Shown piece after piece: positions 31,876 through 43,258 of a stretch of 64,000 bases of DNA. The DNA lies in assembly GCA_000146045.2 (NCBI GenBank), contig BK006936.2, forward strand, positions 32,001-96,000, given 5' to 3'. The notes beneath the pieces were generated by a model. That model did not search any database. It was not told where the DNA came from and saw nothing but the letters and a program-made list of their open reading frames with translations. Within the stretch, counting starts at the first letter, position 1, and every line of letters starts with the position of its first letter. Origin of the DNA: TPA_inf: Saccharomyces (Eukaryota). The position numbers were made by a program, and so were the translations under genes.

Positions 31876-34818
31876 ATGAGTCTCGAAGGAAATACCCTAG
31901 GCAAAGGGGCCAAATCTTTTCCTCTGTATATTGCGGTAAATCAGTACTCTAAACGAATGGAGGACGAGCTCAATATGAAACCAGGTGATAAAATTAAAGT
32001 CATTACTGATGATGGGGAGTACAATGACGGCTGGTATTATGGGCGCAATTTGAGAACCAAAGAGGAAGGTTTATACCCAGCGGTATTTACCAAAAGAATA
32101 GCAATAGAAAAACCAGAGAACCTGCACAAATCACCAACCCAAGAGAGTGGAAATTCTGGTGTTAAATATGGAAATTTAAATGATTCTGCGAGTAACATAG
32201 GTAAAGTCTCCTCGCATCAACAGGAGAACAGATATACATCATTGAAAAGTACAATGAGCGATATAGACAAAGCCTTGGAAGAGCTAAGAAGTGGTTCAGT
32301 TGAACAAGAGGTATCAAAATCGCCCACACGCGTGCCCGAAGTTAGCACTCCACAGTTGCAAGATGAACAGACTTTGATTCAAGAAAAAACCAGAAATGAG
32401 GAAAACACGACACATGACTCGTTATTTTCTAGCACAGCGGATTTAAACTTAAGTTCTGAATCTTTGAAGAATATAAGTAAGTCAAATATATCAACAAAAT
32501 CCCTAGAACCGAGTTCGGAATCAGTTCGTCAATTAGATTTGAAAATGGCTAAAAGTTGGAGCCCAGAAGAGGTTACTGATTACTTTAGCTTGGTTGGATT
32601 TGATCAATCCACTTGCAATAAATTCAAAGAGCATCAAGTCTCCGGAAAAATACTACTGGAATTAGAACTGGAACACCTAAAAGAATTGGAAATAAATTCT
32701 TTTGGTATAAGATTTCAGATATTCAAAGAAATAAGGAACATCAAGTCTGCAATTGATTCGTCGTCAAATAAACTGGACGCCGACTACTCTACCTTTGCTT
32801 TTGAAAACCAAGCTGCCCAACTAATGCCTGCAGCCACTGTAAATAGAGACGAAATCCAACAACAAATTTCCTCCAAGTGTAACAAGTTGTCAAGTGAAAG
32901 CTCTGATAGAAAATCATCTTCGGTCACCACAGAATTGCAAAGACCAAGCTCGGTTGTTGTTAATCCCAATTTTAAACTTCACGACCCAGCTGAGCAGATC
33001 CTAGATATGACAGAAGTTCCTAATTTGTTTGCTGATAAAGATATTTTCGAATCACCGGGAAGGGCTCCAAAACCACCATCATATCCAAGTCCAGTTCAAC
33101 CTCCACAATCGCCCTCTTTTAATAACAGGTACACAAATAATAACGCAAGGTTTCCTCCTCAAACAACATATCCACCTAAAAACAAGAACCCAACCGTTTA
33201 TTCAAATGGGCTAATTCCAAATTCTTCGACATCTTCCGATAATTCAACGGGCAAGTTCAAATTCCCTGCCATGAATGGTCATGACTCGAACTCTAGGAAA
33301 ACAACACTGACATCTGCTACTATACCTTCTATTAACACGGTTAACACAGATGAATCTCTACCCGCAATTTCAAATATATCTTCAAATGCTACATCTCATC
33401 ATCCGAACAGAAATTCCGTTGTTTACAATAACCATAAGAGGACGGAATCCGGAAGCTCATTTGTTGATTTGTTCAACAGGATTTCAATGCTATCGCCAGT
33501 CAAGTCAAGTTTCGACGAAGAAGAAACGAAACAACCTTCAAAAGCTAGCAGAGCAGTTTTTGACTCAGCACGCAGAAAGTCGTCTTACGGACATTCAAGA
33601 GATGCCTCACTTTCTGAAATGAAAAAGCATAGGAGAAACTCTTCTATATTATCTTTTTTTTCTTCAAAAAGTCAGTCTAATCCAACGTCACCAACCAAAC
33701 AAACTTTCACTATCGATCCCGCAAAGATGACTTCCCATTCTCGTTCTCAGTCGAATTCCTATTCGCATGCAAGATCACAATCTTACTCCCATAGTAGAAA
33801 ACACTCGTTAGTTACCAGCCCCTTGAAAACTTCTTTAAGCCCTATAAATTCCAAATCCAATATTGCTTTAGCGCATAGCGAAACTCCTACTAGTAGTAAT
33901 AATAAGGAGGCAGTATCACAACCAAGTGAAGGGAAGCACAAGCACAAGCACAAGCACAAGAGCAAGCACAAACACAAGAACAGTAGCTCCAAAGATGGCT
34001 CTTCCGAAGAAAAAAGCAAAAAGAAATTATTTAGTAGCACCAAAGAATCATTTGTAGGAAGCAAGGAATTCAAAAGATCTCCCAGTGAACTTACCCAAAA
34101 ATCTACCAAATCGATACTTCCCAGGTCGAATGCTAAAAAGCAACAAACATCTGCTTTTACCGAAGGTATACGCTCTATCACAGCAAAGGAATCTATGCAA
34201 ACTGCGGACTGTTCAGGCTGGATGAGCAAAAAAGGTACCGGTGCTATGGGGACTTGGAAACAACGGTTTTTCACACTTCATGGAACAAGGCTTTCTTATT
34301 TTACGAATACCAATGATGAGAAGGAGCGTGGCCTGATAGATATAACGGCACATAGGGTCTTACCTGCCAGTGATGATGATAGGCTCATTTCCTTATACGC
34401 TGCGAGCTTAGGAAAAGGAAAATACTGTTTCAAATTGGTCCCTCCGCAACCGGGGTCCAAAAAGGGGCTAACCTTTACAGAACCTCGCGTTCACTATTTT
34501 GCAGTTGAGAATAAATCTGAAATGAAGGCATGGCTGTCAGCCATAATAAAGGCCACTATTGATATTGATACAAGCGTCCCTGTCATTAGTTCATATGCCA
34601 CACCAACGATACCTCTAAGCAAGGCACAGACGCTATTGGAAGAAGCTAGGTTACAAACCCAGTTAAGAGATGCTGAAGAGGAAGAGGGAAGAGATCAATT
34701 TGGATGGGATGACACCCAAAATAAAAGAAATTCTAATTATCCAATCGAACAAGATCAATTTGAGACCAGCGATTACCTGGAAAGTTCAGCATTTGAATAC
34801 CCTGGTGGCAGACTTTGA
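31876..34818 (+). CDS. BOI1: Polarity/bud-growth protein with an N-terminal SH3 domain, a SAM domain and a C-terminal PH domain (980 aa)
   Basis: SH3: ...PLYIAVNQYSKRMEDELNMKPGDKIKVITDDGEYNDGWYYGRNLRTKEEGLYPAVFT. SAM: SWSPEEVTDYFSLVGFDQ.... PH: CSGWMSKKGTGAMGTWKQRFFTLHGTRLSYF.... Confidence 0.9.
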   Translation: MSLEGNTLGKGAKSFPLYIAVNQYSKRMEDELNMKPGDKIKVITDDGEYNDGWYYGRNLRTKEEGLYPAVFTKRIAIEKPENLHKSPTQESGNSGVKYGNLNDSASNIGKVSSHQQENRYTSLKSTMSDIDKALEELRSGSVEQEVSKSPTRVPEVSTPQLQDEQTLIQEKTRNEENTTHDSLFSSTADLNLSSESLKNISKSNISTKSLEPSSESVRQLDLKMAKSWSPEEVTDYFSLVGFDQSTCNKFKEHQVSGKILLELELEHLKELEINSFGIRFQIFKEIRNIKSAIDSSSNKLDADYSTFAFENQAAQLMPAATVNRDEIQQQISSKCNKLSSESSDRKSSSVTTELQRPSSVVVNPNFKLHDPAEQILDMTEVPNLFADKDIFESPGRAPKPPSYPSPVQPPQSPSFNNRYTNNNARFPPQTTYPPKNKNPTVYSNGLIPNSSTSSDNSTGKFKFPAMNGHDSNSRKTTLTSATIPSINTVNTDESLPAISNISSNATSHHPNRNSVVYNNHKRTESGSSFVDLFNRISMLSPVKSSFDEEETKQPSKASRAVFDSARRKSSYGHSRDASLSEMKKHRRNSSILSFFSSKSQSNPTSPTKQTFTIDPAKMTSHSRSQSNSYSHARSQSYSHSRKHSLVTSPLKTSLSPINSKSNIALAHSETPTSSNNKEAVSQPSEGKHKHKHKHKSKHKHKNSSSKDGSSEEKSKKKLFSSTKESFVGSKEFKRSPSELTQKSTKSILPRSNAKKQQTSAFTEGIRSITAKESMQTADCSGWMSKKGTGAMGTWKQRFFTLHGTRLSYFTNTNDEKERGLIDITAHRVLPASDDDRLISLYAASLGKGKYCFKLVPPQPGSKKGLTFTEPRVHYFAVENKSEMKAWLSAIIKATIDIDTSVPVISSYATPTIPLSKAQTLLEEARLQTQLRDAEEEEGRDQFGWDDTQNKRNSNYPIEQDQFETSDYLESSAFEYPGGRL
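33936..33978 (+). repeat. (CACAAG)n hexanucleotide repeat encoding HKHKHKHKSKHKHK within BOI1
   Basis: gcacaagcacaagcacaagcacaagagcaagcacaaacacaag read directly. Confidence 0.85.
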
Positions 34819-35168
34819 GAACTGCAATCATTAGTTACTTCTTGACCAACTTAAACACCTTAATAATTAATATTTAATAGAACATAATATAGTGATATAA
34901 AGTATATAAAAATAAAAAGTTTACGAATTAATACAATCAAATTAGACACTGATACTATCAAGAAGTACATCGCAGGAACCGCAGACATGATGTCCTCTTC
35001 TTTCAAATTACTGGATATATATATTATTATTATTGTTACCATTAACGTTATTATTATTAACTATTACTATTACATTAACTTAAAAATAAATATGAAACAA
35101 CGAAGAACAAAAAGAATTATGAAAACATTTAACATGTTTCAATTTGTTATGTTTTGGCCAACCTGCGT

Positions 35169-36280
35169 TTATTCTTGCATATGACATTTTTGTAATTCAT
35201 CGATGATAACTTGGTTACCCTTTGGATCCAAATTCATAGCAACAGTTAGCTCCTTGATTGCATCTTTTTTCCTCCCAACTATTCTATATGTTTGACCCAG
35301 CAAATAATGGGCTGTGGCATCATCAGGAACGAGTTTCACCAATTCTTCAAAAGTTTGCAAAGCAACATTATATCTTGTCATGGAATAGAGCAACTGGCCC
35401 ATCTTATATTTGGATAGCGAGGAAGTCGGTTGCAAATGACATGCTAGTTCATAATATTGTAGAGCCTTTTCCTTATAGCCCAGCTTTTCTAAAGAACCAC
35501 CGCAACAACAGATTAACACAACATTGACGGGATTAATTGACCTTGCCTTTTCAAAATATAACAACGCTTCTTCATATTGACCTAATTTCATAGCGCTCGT
35601 ACCCAATCCGTAATATGCATTGTAATGCTGAGGATCACAAGCTAGCGCCTTTCTATAGCATGTCTTGGCAGAATCCGAAGAATCGTTGGAAGAATGTTCA
35701 TGACCTTGCAAAGTATACGCGTATGCAAAATTTGGGTCTAACTGAGTAGCTTTTTCGAAGGCTTTTATTGCGGCATCATGATCCTTTTGCAATGATAGCA
35801 AATTACCTATACAACACCATGTTTCGGGCTTATTAGGCATTGTATCCATTAGCCCATTTGCCAAATTTGAAGATTTAACCTTGTCATGCAAATGCCACAG
35901 CAAAGTAGAAAAAATTTCCATATCTTTTACCCTTGCCGGTTGTAGGTCTTTCAATCTATTGAAATACTTTAAGGACATATCATAATTAATGATCTCAAAA
36001 TGAAGTTTTCCTAATTGCACTAGACACCATGGCATTGTGTCTTTAATATGAGATGGGATTTGAGACTCGAACAGTCTTATTGCCTTGAACGAATTGTATT
36101 GTGATGACGACCTTAATATTAAAGCGAAATTATACATGATTTCAGGCAGCGTAATTGAATAATCACTCGTTAGTATTGAGTTACTGATTATTAAAGACCT
36201 TGGATTTTTCTTGGAAGTTGTTAACCTTCCTGTTGAGGAATATAGGTTTCTTGGAGTTTTGAAAGTTGTTTTATTTATAA

Positions 36281-36347
<67 letters not shown>

Positions 36348-37445
36348 GTTATTTTGGTGGTTCCTATCGTTATTTAACAGTTTCGATGGAGGAGTCGTTA
36401 AAAGTTTGTTTCTGTTATAAACTTTGGCCAACGAGCTTATTGTAGGCTGTTTGGAGGATGGAGACACTAAGTTCATGGAAATGTTATTTGGTAGCGCAGA
36501 AGACGTCTTACTGTTGATTGCAGGGTTTTTAGGAGTTTGAGTATTTTTGTTCTGGCAGGTCCTTATTGATGTGTTCGCTTGTTGCTGCTGTGACCTTGAG
36601 AAATGCTGAATGGAAGAAAAAGAAGATGCCGATGTAGAAGGGGGAGAATTAGACGACTGAAACAGTGTATTAACATTATTATTGATATTATTATTGCCGT
36701 TTTTGTTTGTTTTTGAATATAAGCTAGGTTGTGAACGAGGTTCGAAATGCGATAGTGATGTAGACGGAAACGATGAAGCTGCATTATTATTATGACTATT
36801 ACTTTTTTTCCCTGCAATGTCGAAAAAAACCCTCTTGAGATCCACGGTAGCTCTCATTTTACAAATCGCTTCGTAAGATTCCCAAAGGTAAGGATTAATG
36901 GCTAATGCTTCAGAATGATAAAATGCTCCCTCCTTAGAATGGTCCAGTTTCATATAAAGATTGCCTAACAGGCAATTCAAAGTGGCCAAATCGGGAATAT
37001 GGACGAGATTAGAATTCAACACCATATTTATGCGCGTATTACTGCTGTTCGAAGAAAATACATTTATTATTGAGAGAAGAGTGAGGATAGCTTCGTTAAC
37101 TCCCTGCGAAAGCTGTAAAGCACAACGCCCGAATATGTAAGCGATACCAAGATGATACTCCTTGAATTCTTTGGATATCTGGAACGCAGTGTGGTAGCTT
37201 TTATTCAGAAACAGCGAAAGTGCATATAAATATACCGCATCGGACCAGTAAACACTTGATTTATCGAGAATGGAGCATTCAGCATAGAGCAGTTCGGCCA
37301 AAAACTCTGCGGTACTGTAGTTCAACTGCTGAATAGCCTGCTGAATGCAGTCCTGAAGCTGTATGATGGTGCTCAAAGCTTGATCATCAAAGCTGGGGAT
37401 TCCTCTCGAGAGGGTGAACGGTGCTAACTCAGGATTTACCGCCAT
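35169..37445 (-). CDS. CDC27: Anaphase-promoting complex TPR subunit (758 aa)
   Basis: 758-aa ORF with C-terminal TPR repeats (...AYAYTLQGHEH..., ...YNAYYGLGTSAMKLGQYEEAL...) and a long internal poly-Asn tract. Confidence 0.9.
36283..36347 (-). repeat. (AAT)n trinucleotide microsatellite, about 22 perfect units, encoding the CDC27 poly-asparagine run
   Basis: The plus strand shows (TTA)n / (ATT)n uninterrupted for about 65 nt. The protein has about 26 consecutive N residues. Confidence 0.9.
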
Positions 37446-37750
37446 GCTATTTTTATTATGTATCCTGCACGAAAAGTTCGTGTCGATTTATGAATAGATA
37501 TGCAGTCACCAAAACAGAGTCTAAAACTCTCACAGCTAGGTATGGTTTTTTGATAAACTTTTCTGTGGCACCTTTGCTTGCACTTTGATCCTTTTGGTTT
37601 ACTTTCAGCCTGTTCCATCCTTTTGATCAAAAAAAAAAAGGAAAATCAAGCGCGGGTAATAACGGCACCATTAAATACTAGTAGTACTATATAGATGGTA
37701 TAAAGAAATGATTTAAAACAATACGATTATATGATATTTATACATCTGTT

Positions 37751-39166
<1,416 letters not shown>

Positions 39167-39865
39167 CTATGATACTGTTTTCACTCCCAACTAGTGTACT
39201 GCGTTGTTCTTTAAGTTCGATAGCGAAATTTCTTTAGCTTGTTTACAGCACCCAGCAACCGCACACAGAATGTGACGGCAAATGCATTTTACATGGAAGG
39301 CTATCTACAAAACAGCAATAAAGAGTCATGTAAGATTGGGAAATCTCTAATGTGACATTCCATACTTGTTGCAACAATTTTGGGATGCTTCTGCGTCGTA
39401 CGACCCTGTATTTACCTTCTCTAGCTCATCGCTTCCCAGGGTCCACGTTAATTTTTCAATTTTTTCTTGCGTGTCGAAGATTCAGGTCTCGAGAAATTTG
39501 TCAAAAATTTTTCACTAGATATTAAGAACTATATACATCGAATAAGATGCCAGCACAGAAGAGATAGGCAATCAGTTTAGATACTACAGACACTATCCAA
39601 TAGTGCAAAGCAAAAGCAGCATAGAAAAAAGAGAATCCCGTTTCCAGCTTTTTCTCTTTTTCCCATTCGTTTTTCCTGATCTTTTTTTCTGCATCGTGGC
39701 ACCTAGAACAAGAGGTACCTTCCATCCTTCGCTTAATATTTGATACGACTTTTTTGATTTCCATTATTATTATTTGTTACTATTATTATTTATCATTTGG
39801 GTTTCGGTTTTTTGTAATAATTTTCTTTTTTTTTTTTGGCTCTATTTCACTAAGACATCGTATAT

Positions 39866-40972
39866 ATGCCAGGCCAGATAATCAGCATTCCGTTTTTGTC
39901 GCAGAACGAGGACATGGATAAATACTTGTTGGAGTACCGCAGTTTGAAGCTCCTTCATCAGTCCAGTAATTCCTTCCAGTCTCACAATGCGCCCTCCCAC
40001 CAGTCGAACTACCACCCCCATTACAATCACATGAAATACAACAACACTGGTAGCTATTACTATTACAACAACAACAATAACAGCAGTGTAAACCCACATA
40101 ACCAAGCTGGTCTACAATCCATTAACAGATCTATTCCATCGGCCCCGTACGGGGCTTACAACCAGAACAGAGCTAATGACGTACCATATATGAATACCCA
40201 AAAGAAACACCACAGATTTAGCGCTAACAATAATTTGAACCAGCAAAAATACAAGCAATATCCCCAGTATACGTCCAATCCAATGGTTACTGCACATCTG
40301 AAGCAAACGTACCCTCAACTGTACTACAATAGCAACGTCAATGCTCACAACAACAACAACAACAGCAACAACAACAACAACAACAACAACAACAGCAACA
40401 ACAACAACAATCTTTACAACCAGACGCAGTTCTCCACGAGGTACTTCAACTCGAACTCCTCTCCCTCGTTGACTTCTTCCACTTCTAACTCATCCTCTCC
40501 ATACAACCAAAGCACCTTCGAATACATTTTGCCGTCAACTTCGGCAGCTTCCACAAATTTATCGTCGTCATCATCAAACAACTCTATGCACACCAACCCA
40601 ACCACTGCAACATCGACATCCGCCGATTTAATCAATGATTTACCCGTGGGCCCCACGTCCAGTTCGCTTATCTCGGATCTACATTCTCCACCAACTGTAT
40701 CTTTCCTACCAGCAAGCCAAACCCTGCTCATGTCCTCCACCACATCTAGCTCTATTGGCACCAACATAAACCCACCGCAACATTCACCATCCCCATCGCA
40801 AAGGGAGGATTTTTCGACGGCACCAGTGAACATGTCTTCGTCCGCATCACTCTTGATGAATGATTCTTCTTTAGGATGGGGGTCTAACCACATGAACGTA
40901 TCTTCATCCTCTCAACCAGCATCATCAAGACCCTTTGGCATTTGGAATACTGACATGAGCGTTTGGAGTTGA
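39866..40972 (+). CDS. Asparagine/serine-rich low-complexity protein of unknown function (YBL081W-like), 368 aa
   Basis: MPGQIISIPFLSQNEDMDKYLLEYRSLKLLHQSSNSFQSH..., then extreme N, S, T, Y and Q bias including NNNNNSNNNNNNNNNSNNNNN. No recognisable catalytic motifs. Confidence 0.75.
   Translation: MPGQIISIPFLSQNEDMDKYLLEYRSLKLLHQSSNSFQSHNAPSHQSNYHPHYNHMKYNNTGSYYYYNNNNNSSVNPHNQAGLQSINRSIPSAPYGAYNQNRANDVPYMNTQKKHHRFSANNNLNQQKYKQYPQYTSNPMVTAHLKQTYPQLYYNSNVNAHNNNNNSNNNNNNNNNSNNNNNLYNQTQFSTRYFNSNSSPSLTSSTSNSSSPYNQSTFEYILPSTSAASTNLSSSSSNNSMHTNPTTATSTSADLINDLPVGPTSSSLISDLHSPPTVSFLPASQTLLMSSTTSSSIGTNINPPQHSPSPSQREDFSTAPVNMSSSASLLMNDSSLGWGSNHMNVSSSSQPASSRPFGIWNTDMSVWS
40347..40410 (+). repeat. (AAC)n microsatellite with AGC interruptions, encoding poly-Asn in YBL081W
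   Basis: cacaacaacaacaacaacagcaacaacaacaacaacaacaacaacagcaacaacaacaac read directly. Confidence 0.85.
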
Positions 40973-41069
40973 GATGTTTACGTATATTTTTATGTATATT
41001 ATTATCATTAGTATTACTATTATTGTTATTATTTATGCACGGTTCCTATTTACACGCGGCGTTTATATT

Positions 41070-42695
41070 TTACCATTGAATATTTAAGATCTCTTTGAAT
41101 TTTTTCTCGAATTCGTTTGCCTTTATACGTCCCTGGCTTCGTCTCATTCCTTGTCCAATTAGGAATTTTAAAGAGGACTTCTTTTTACCAGTAACCAGGT
41201 TCCGTATAAAAGTGTCATCTGTGTGCTGTGCAATGACATCATTACAGAGATCCATCAATTCTTGAGGGTCGACCTGATTAATCGCATGCAATTCAAATTT
41301 CTCGATTAGTTTTGAAAAATCTGGAATAGACAAATCTTGGCAGTTACTCTGCTCGAAATTTTCCAATATGTGAAACAGTAACATTTTACCACTAGTTGCG
41401 GATATAACCTCTTCATGCAATAACTTCAAAAACTGGGCGAAAACCGGAGGAGGCAAAATTTCTTTTGCTTTGGCCAATGGAATTTGTAGCTTGTTCAAAT
41501 CTCCCAAGAATTCATGGATTATCCAATTCGTAGGTAATTTCGCGTTACTACGTTCACCAGCAAGCTTGGAAAATTCACGGAAGGTGTCTAAGTAGTACGA
41601 TCTCAACGCCTCATGATTGTACATATCGTTTTGGTTACTATTATAAGTCAGAATCTTGGCGTCCTTCAATGATAATTGATAGGGTTTCTTCATAAGAATT
41701 CTCATTATATCGTCCGGTAATTGGGGCATCAACCCTCTCACACCACTGATAACGTCTGGTGCGAGGTTGATATACGGCAATTCTGGATCAGGCATGTACC
41801 TGTAATCGATCGTGGTTTCTTTGCTTCTCAACTTCACCGTTGATGAGCCTGTCCAGCCCCTTGTTTCTGGCTCCATCAGTGAGCTAGTGTCACCCACAGA
41901 AATCAACTCAACTTGCCGCTGATATTCGTACTTGATTGCATTGATGATGGAACTAGTATTGGGTAAATTCTTCAACTCAACGCGTGCATATTCATTAATT
42001 GAGAGGTTAACGTCCACTCGCATGGCGCCCGTTTCCAGGTCCCCAGAGGAAATGTGCAAATGACGTACCAAATTCTGATATTTTTTAATAAACGCTCTAA
42101 CCTGTTTAATATCACTGAAATCTGGTTTAGTTACCAATTCGATAAGCGGGACGTTCGACCTATTTAAATCAACCAAAGTAATAACGTCTTTATCTGTCTC
42201 TGTATAGTGTGACTTCCCCGTGTCCTGCTCTATCTGCAACTGTAAGATACCGATTTCCTTGGCTGATTCATCGATATCATCCAATTCCTTCGACAGATTG
42301 ATCTTCCCACCCCGAGCAAACGGCCTGTAGTGCTGCGTCAGTTGATAGCCTTGAGGTTGATCTCCATAAAAATAATGCTTCCTATCAAACTGAGATATGC
42401 TATTCACTTGAGAACCCAGTGCCAAGGATAGTTTCATGGCAAACAAGATTGCTTCCAGATTCAAAACCGGCTGCGTTCCCGGTAGAGCTATGTCATAATA
42501 ACTAGTATGATGGTTTGGTGCATCCACTAGAGATGTGGCGCTATTCGTTGATTGTGAAAAAAGCTTGTTTTTGGTGTTCAATTGCGTATGAATCTCCAAT
42601 CCACACTTCAATGCATATTCCGGCCTGAAGGGTGCACCGTGACTATGTATGGCTTTGGTTCTGGCCAAAGAATAAAAACGTGCAAGCCGCAACAT
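41070..42695 (-). CDS. PET112: Mitochondrial Glu-tRNA(Gln) amidotransferase subunit B (GatB), 541 aa
   Basis: 541-aa ORF with the GatB/GatE catalytic domain (...GLEIHTQLNTKNKLFS..., ...DVNLSI..., ...KYQRQVE...) and a C-terminal GatB/YqeY domain. Confidence 0.85.
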   Translation of the reverse strand: MLRLARFYSLARTKAIHSHGAPFRPEYALKCGLEIHTQLNTKNKLFSQSTNSATSLVDAPNHHTSYYDIALPGTQPVLNLEAILFAMKLSLALGSQVNSISQFDRKHYFYGDQPQGYQLTQHYRPFARGGKINLSKELDDIDESAKEIGILQLQIEQDTGKSHYTETDKDVITLVDLNRSNVPLIELVTKPDFSDIKQVRAFIKKYQNLVRHLHISSGDLETGAMRVDVNLSINEYARVELKNLPNTSSIINAIKYEYQRQVELISVGDTSSLMEPETRGWTGSSTVKLRSKETTIDYRYMPDPELPYINLAPDVISGVRGLMPQLPDDIMRILMKKPYQLSLKDAKILTYNSNQNDMYNHEALRSYYLDTFREFSKLAGERSNAKLPTNWIIHEFLGDLNKLQIPLAKAKEILPPPVFAQFLKLLHEEVISATSGKMLLFHILENFEQSNCQDLSIPDFSKLIEKFELHAINQVDPQELMDLCNDVIAQHTDDTFIRNLVTGKKKSSLKFLIGQGMRRSQGRIKANEFEKKFKEILNIQW

Positions 42696-43258
42696 ATCTA
42701 GTTCCTACTCTGGTCTTTTTGGACAGGAATGCTAACAATAACACTATTACTAGGTGGTACGACTAAGTACATCACGTCAAGCTTATTACTACTATAACTA
42801 CTATTATCATAACAAAAGGGAAAACTAAACCCTATCTAAACAAGGGTTATTTAAATTTTTAACAAGGGCATACAACAAAAAAATAATAAACCTAAAATCA
42901 GAAAGTTAATCTTTCAGGGCTTTTGAAAGTGGAATTAACGTCTCTAGTAAACGAGGATTGTTTCCAATGAGATTCTAAGACCCAAATATCCTCTTCTTTA
43001 CTTTGAAATGTTTGCAATGGACCATGATTATGGATGTGTTCTTTGTGACACGCTTTCAATGTACTCTATATCGTGTTGCACGAAGGATTGTTACTTTATT
43101 TGTAAAAAAAAAAACAATTTTTCGAGATGGGACATTAATATTGTAGAATTCTGAACATATTAGTGAACAGTTCTTTCGGAGAATTACTGGAACCTAGGAT
43201 CTGACAAGCGGACAAAAAAGCAGAGTGCGTTTATTACTTCTCTTTCTAGCGGTTGTTC

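Noticed and set aside
43253-43258. N-terminal extensions proposed by the ORF track. NUP170 at 43253, KTI11 at 57954 and PRS4 at 60231 use TTG. MRX3 at 11265 uses GTG. ROX3, AVT5 and ALG3 have upstream in-frame ATGs.
   Set aside because: Yeast nuclear genes initiate at ATG. Trimming to the ATG that reproduces the known, conserved N-terminus gives the expected protein lengths: 1502, 82, 326, 270, 220, 459 and 458 aa.
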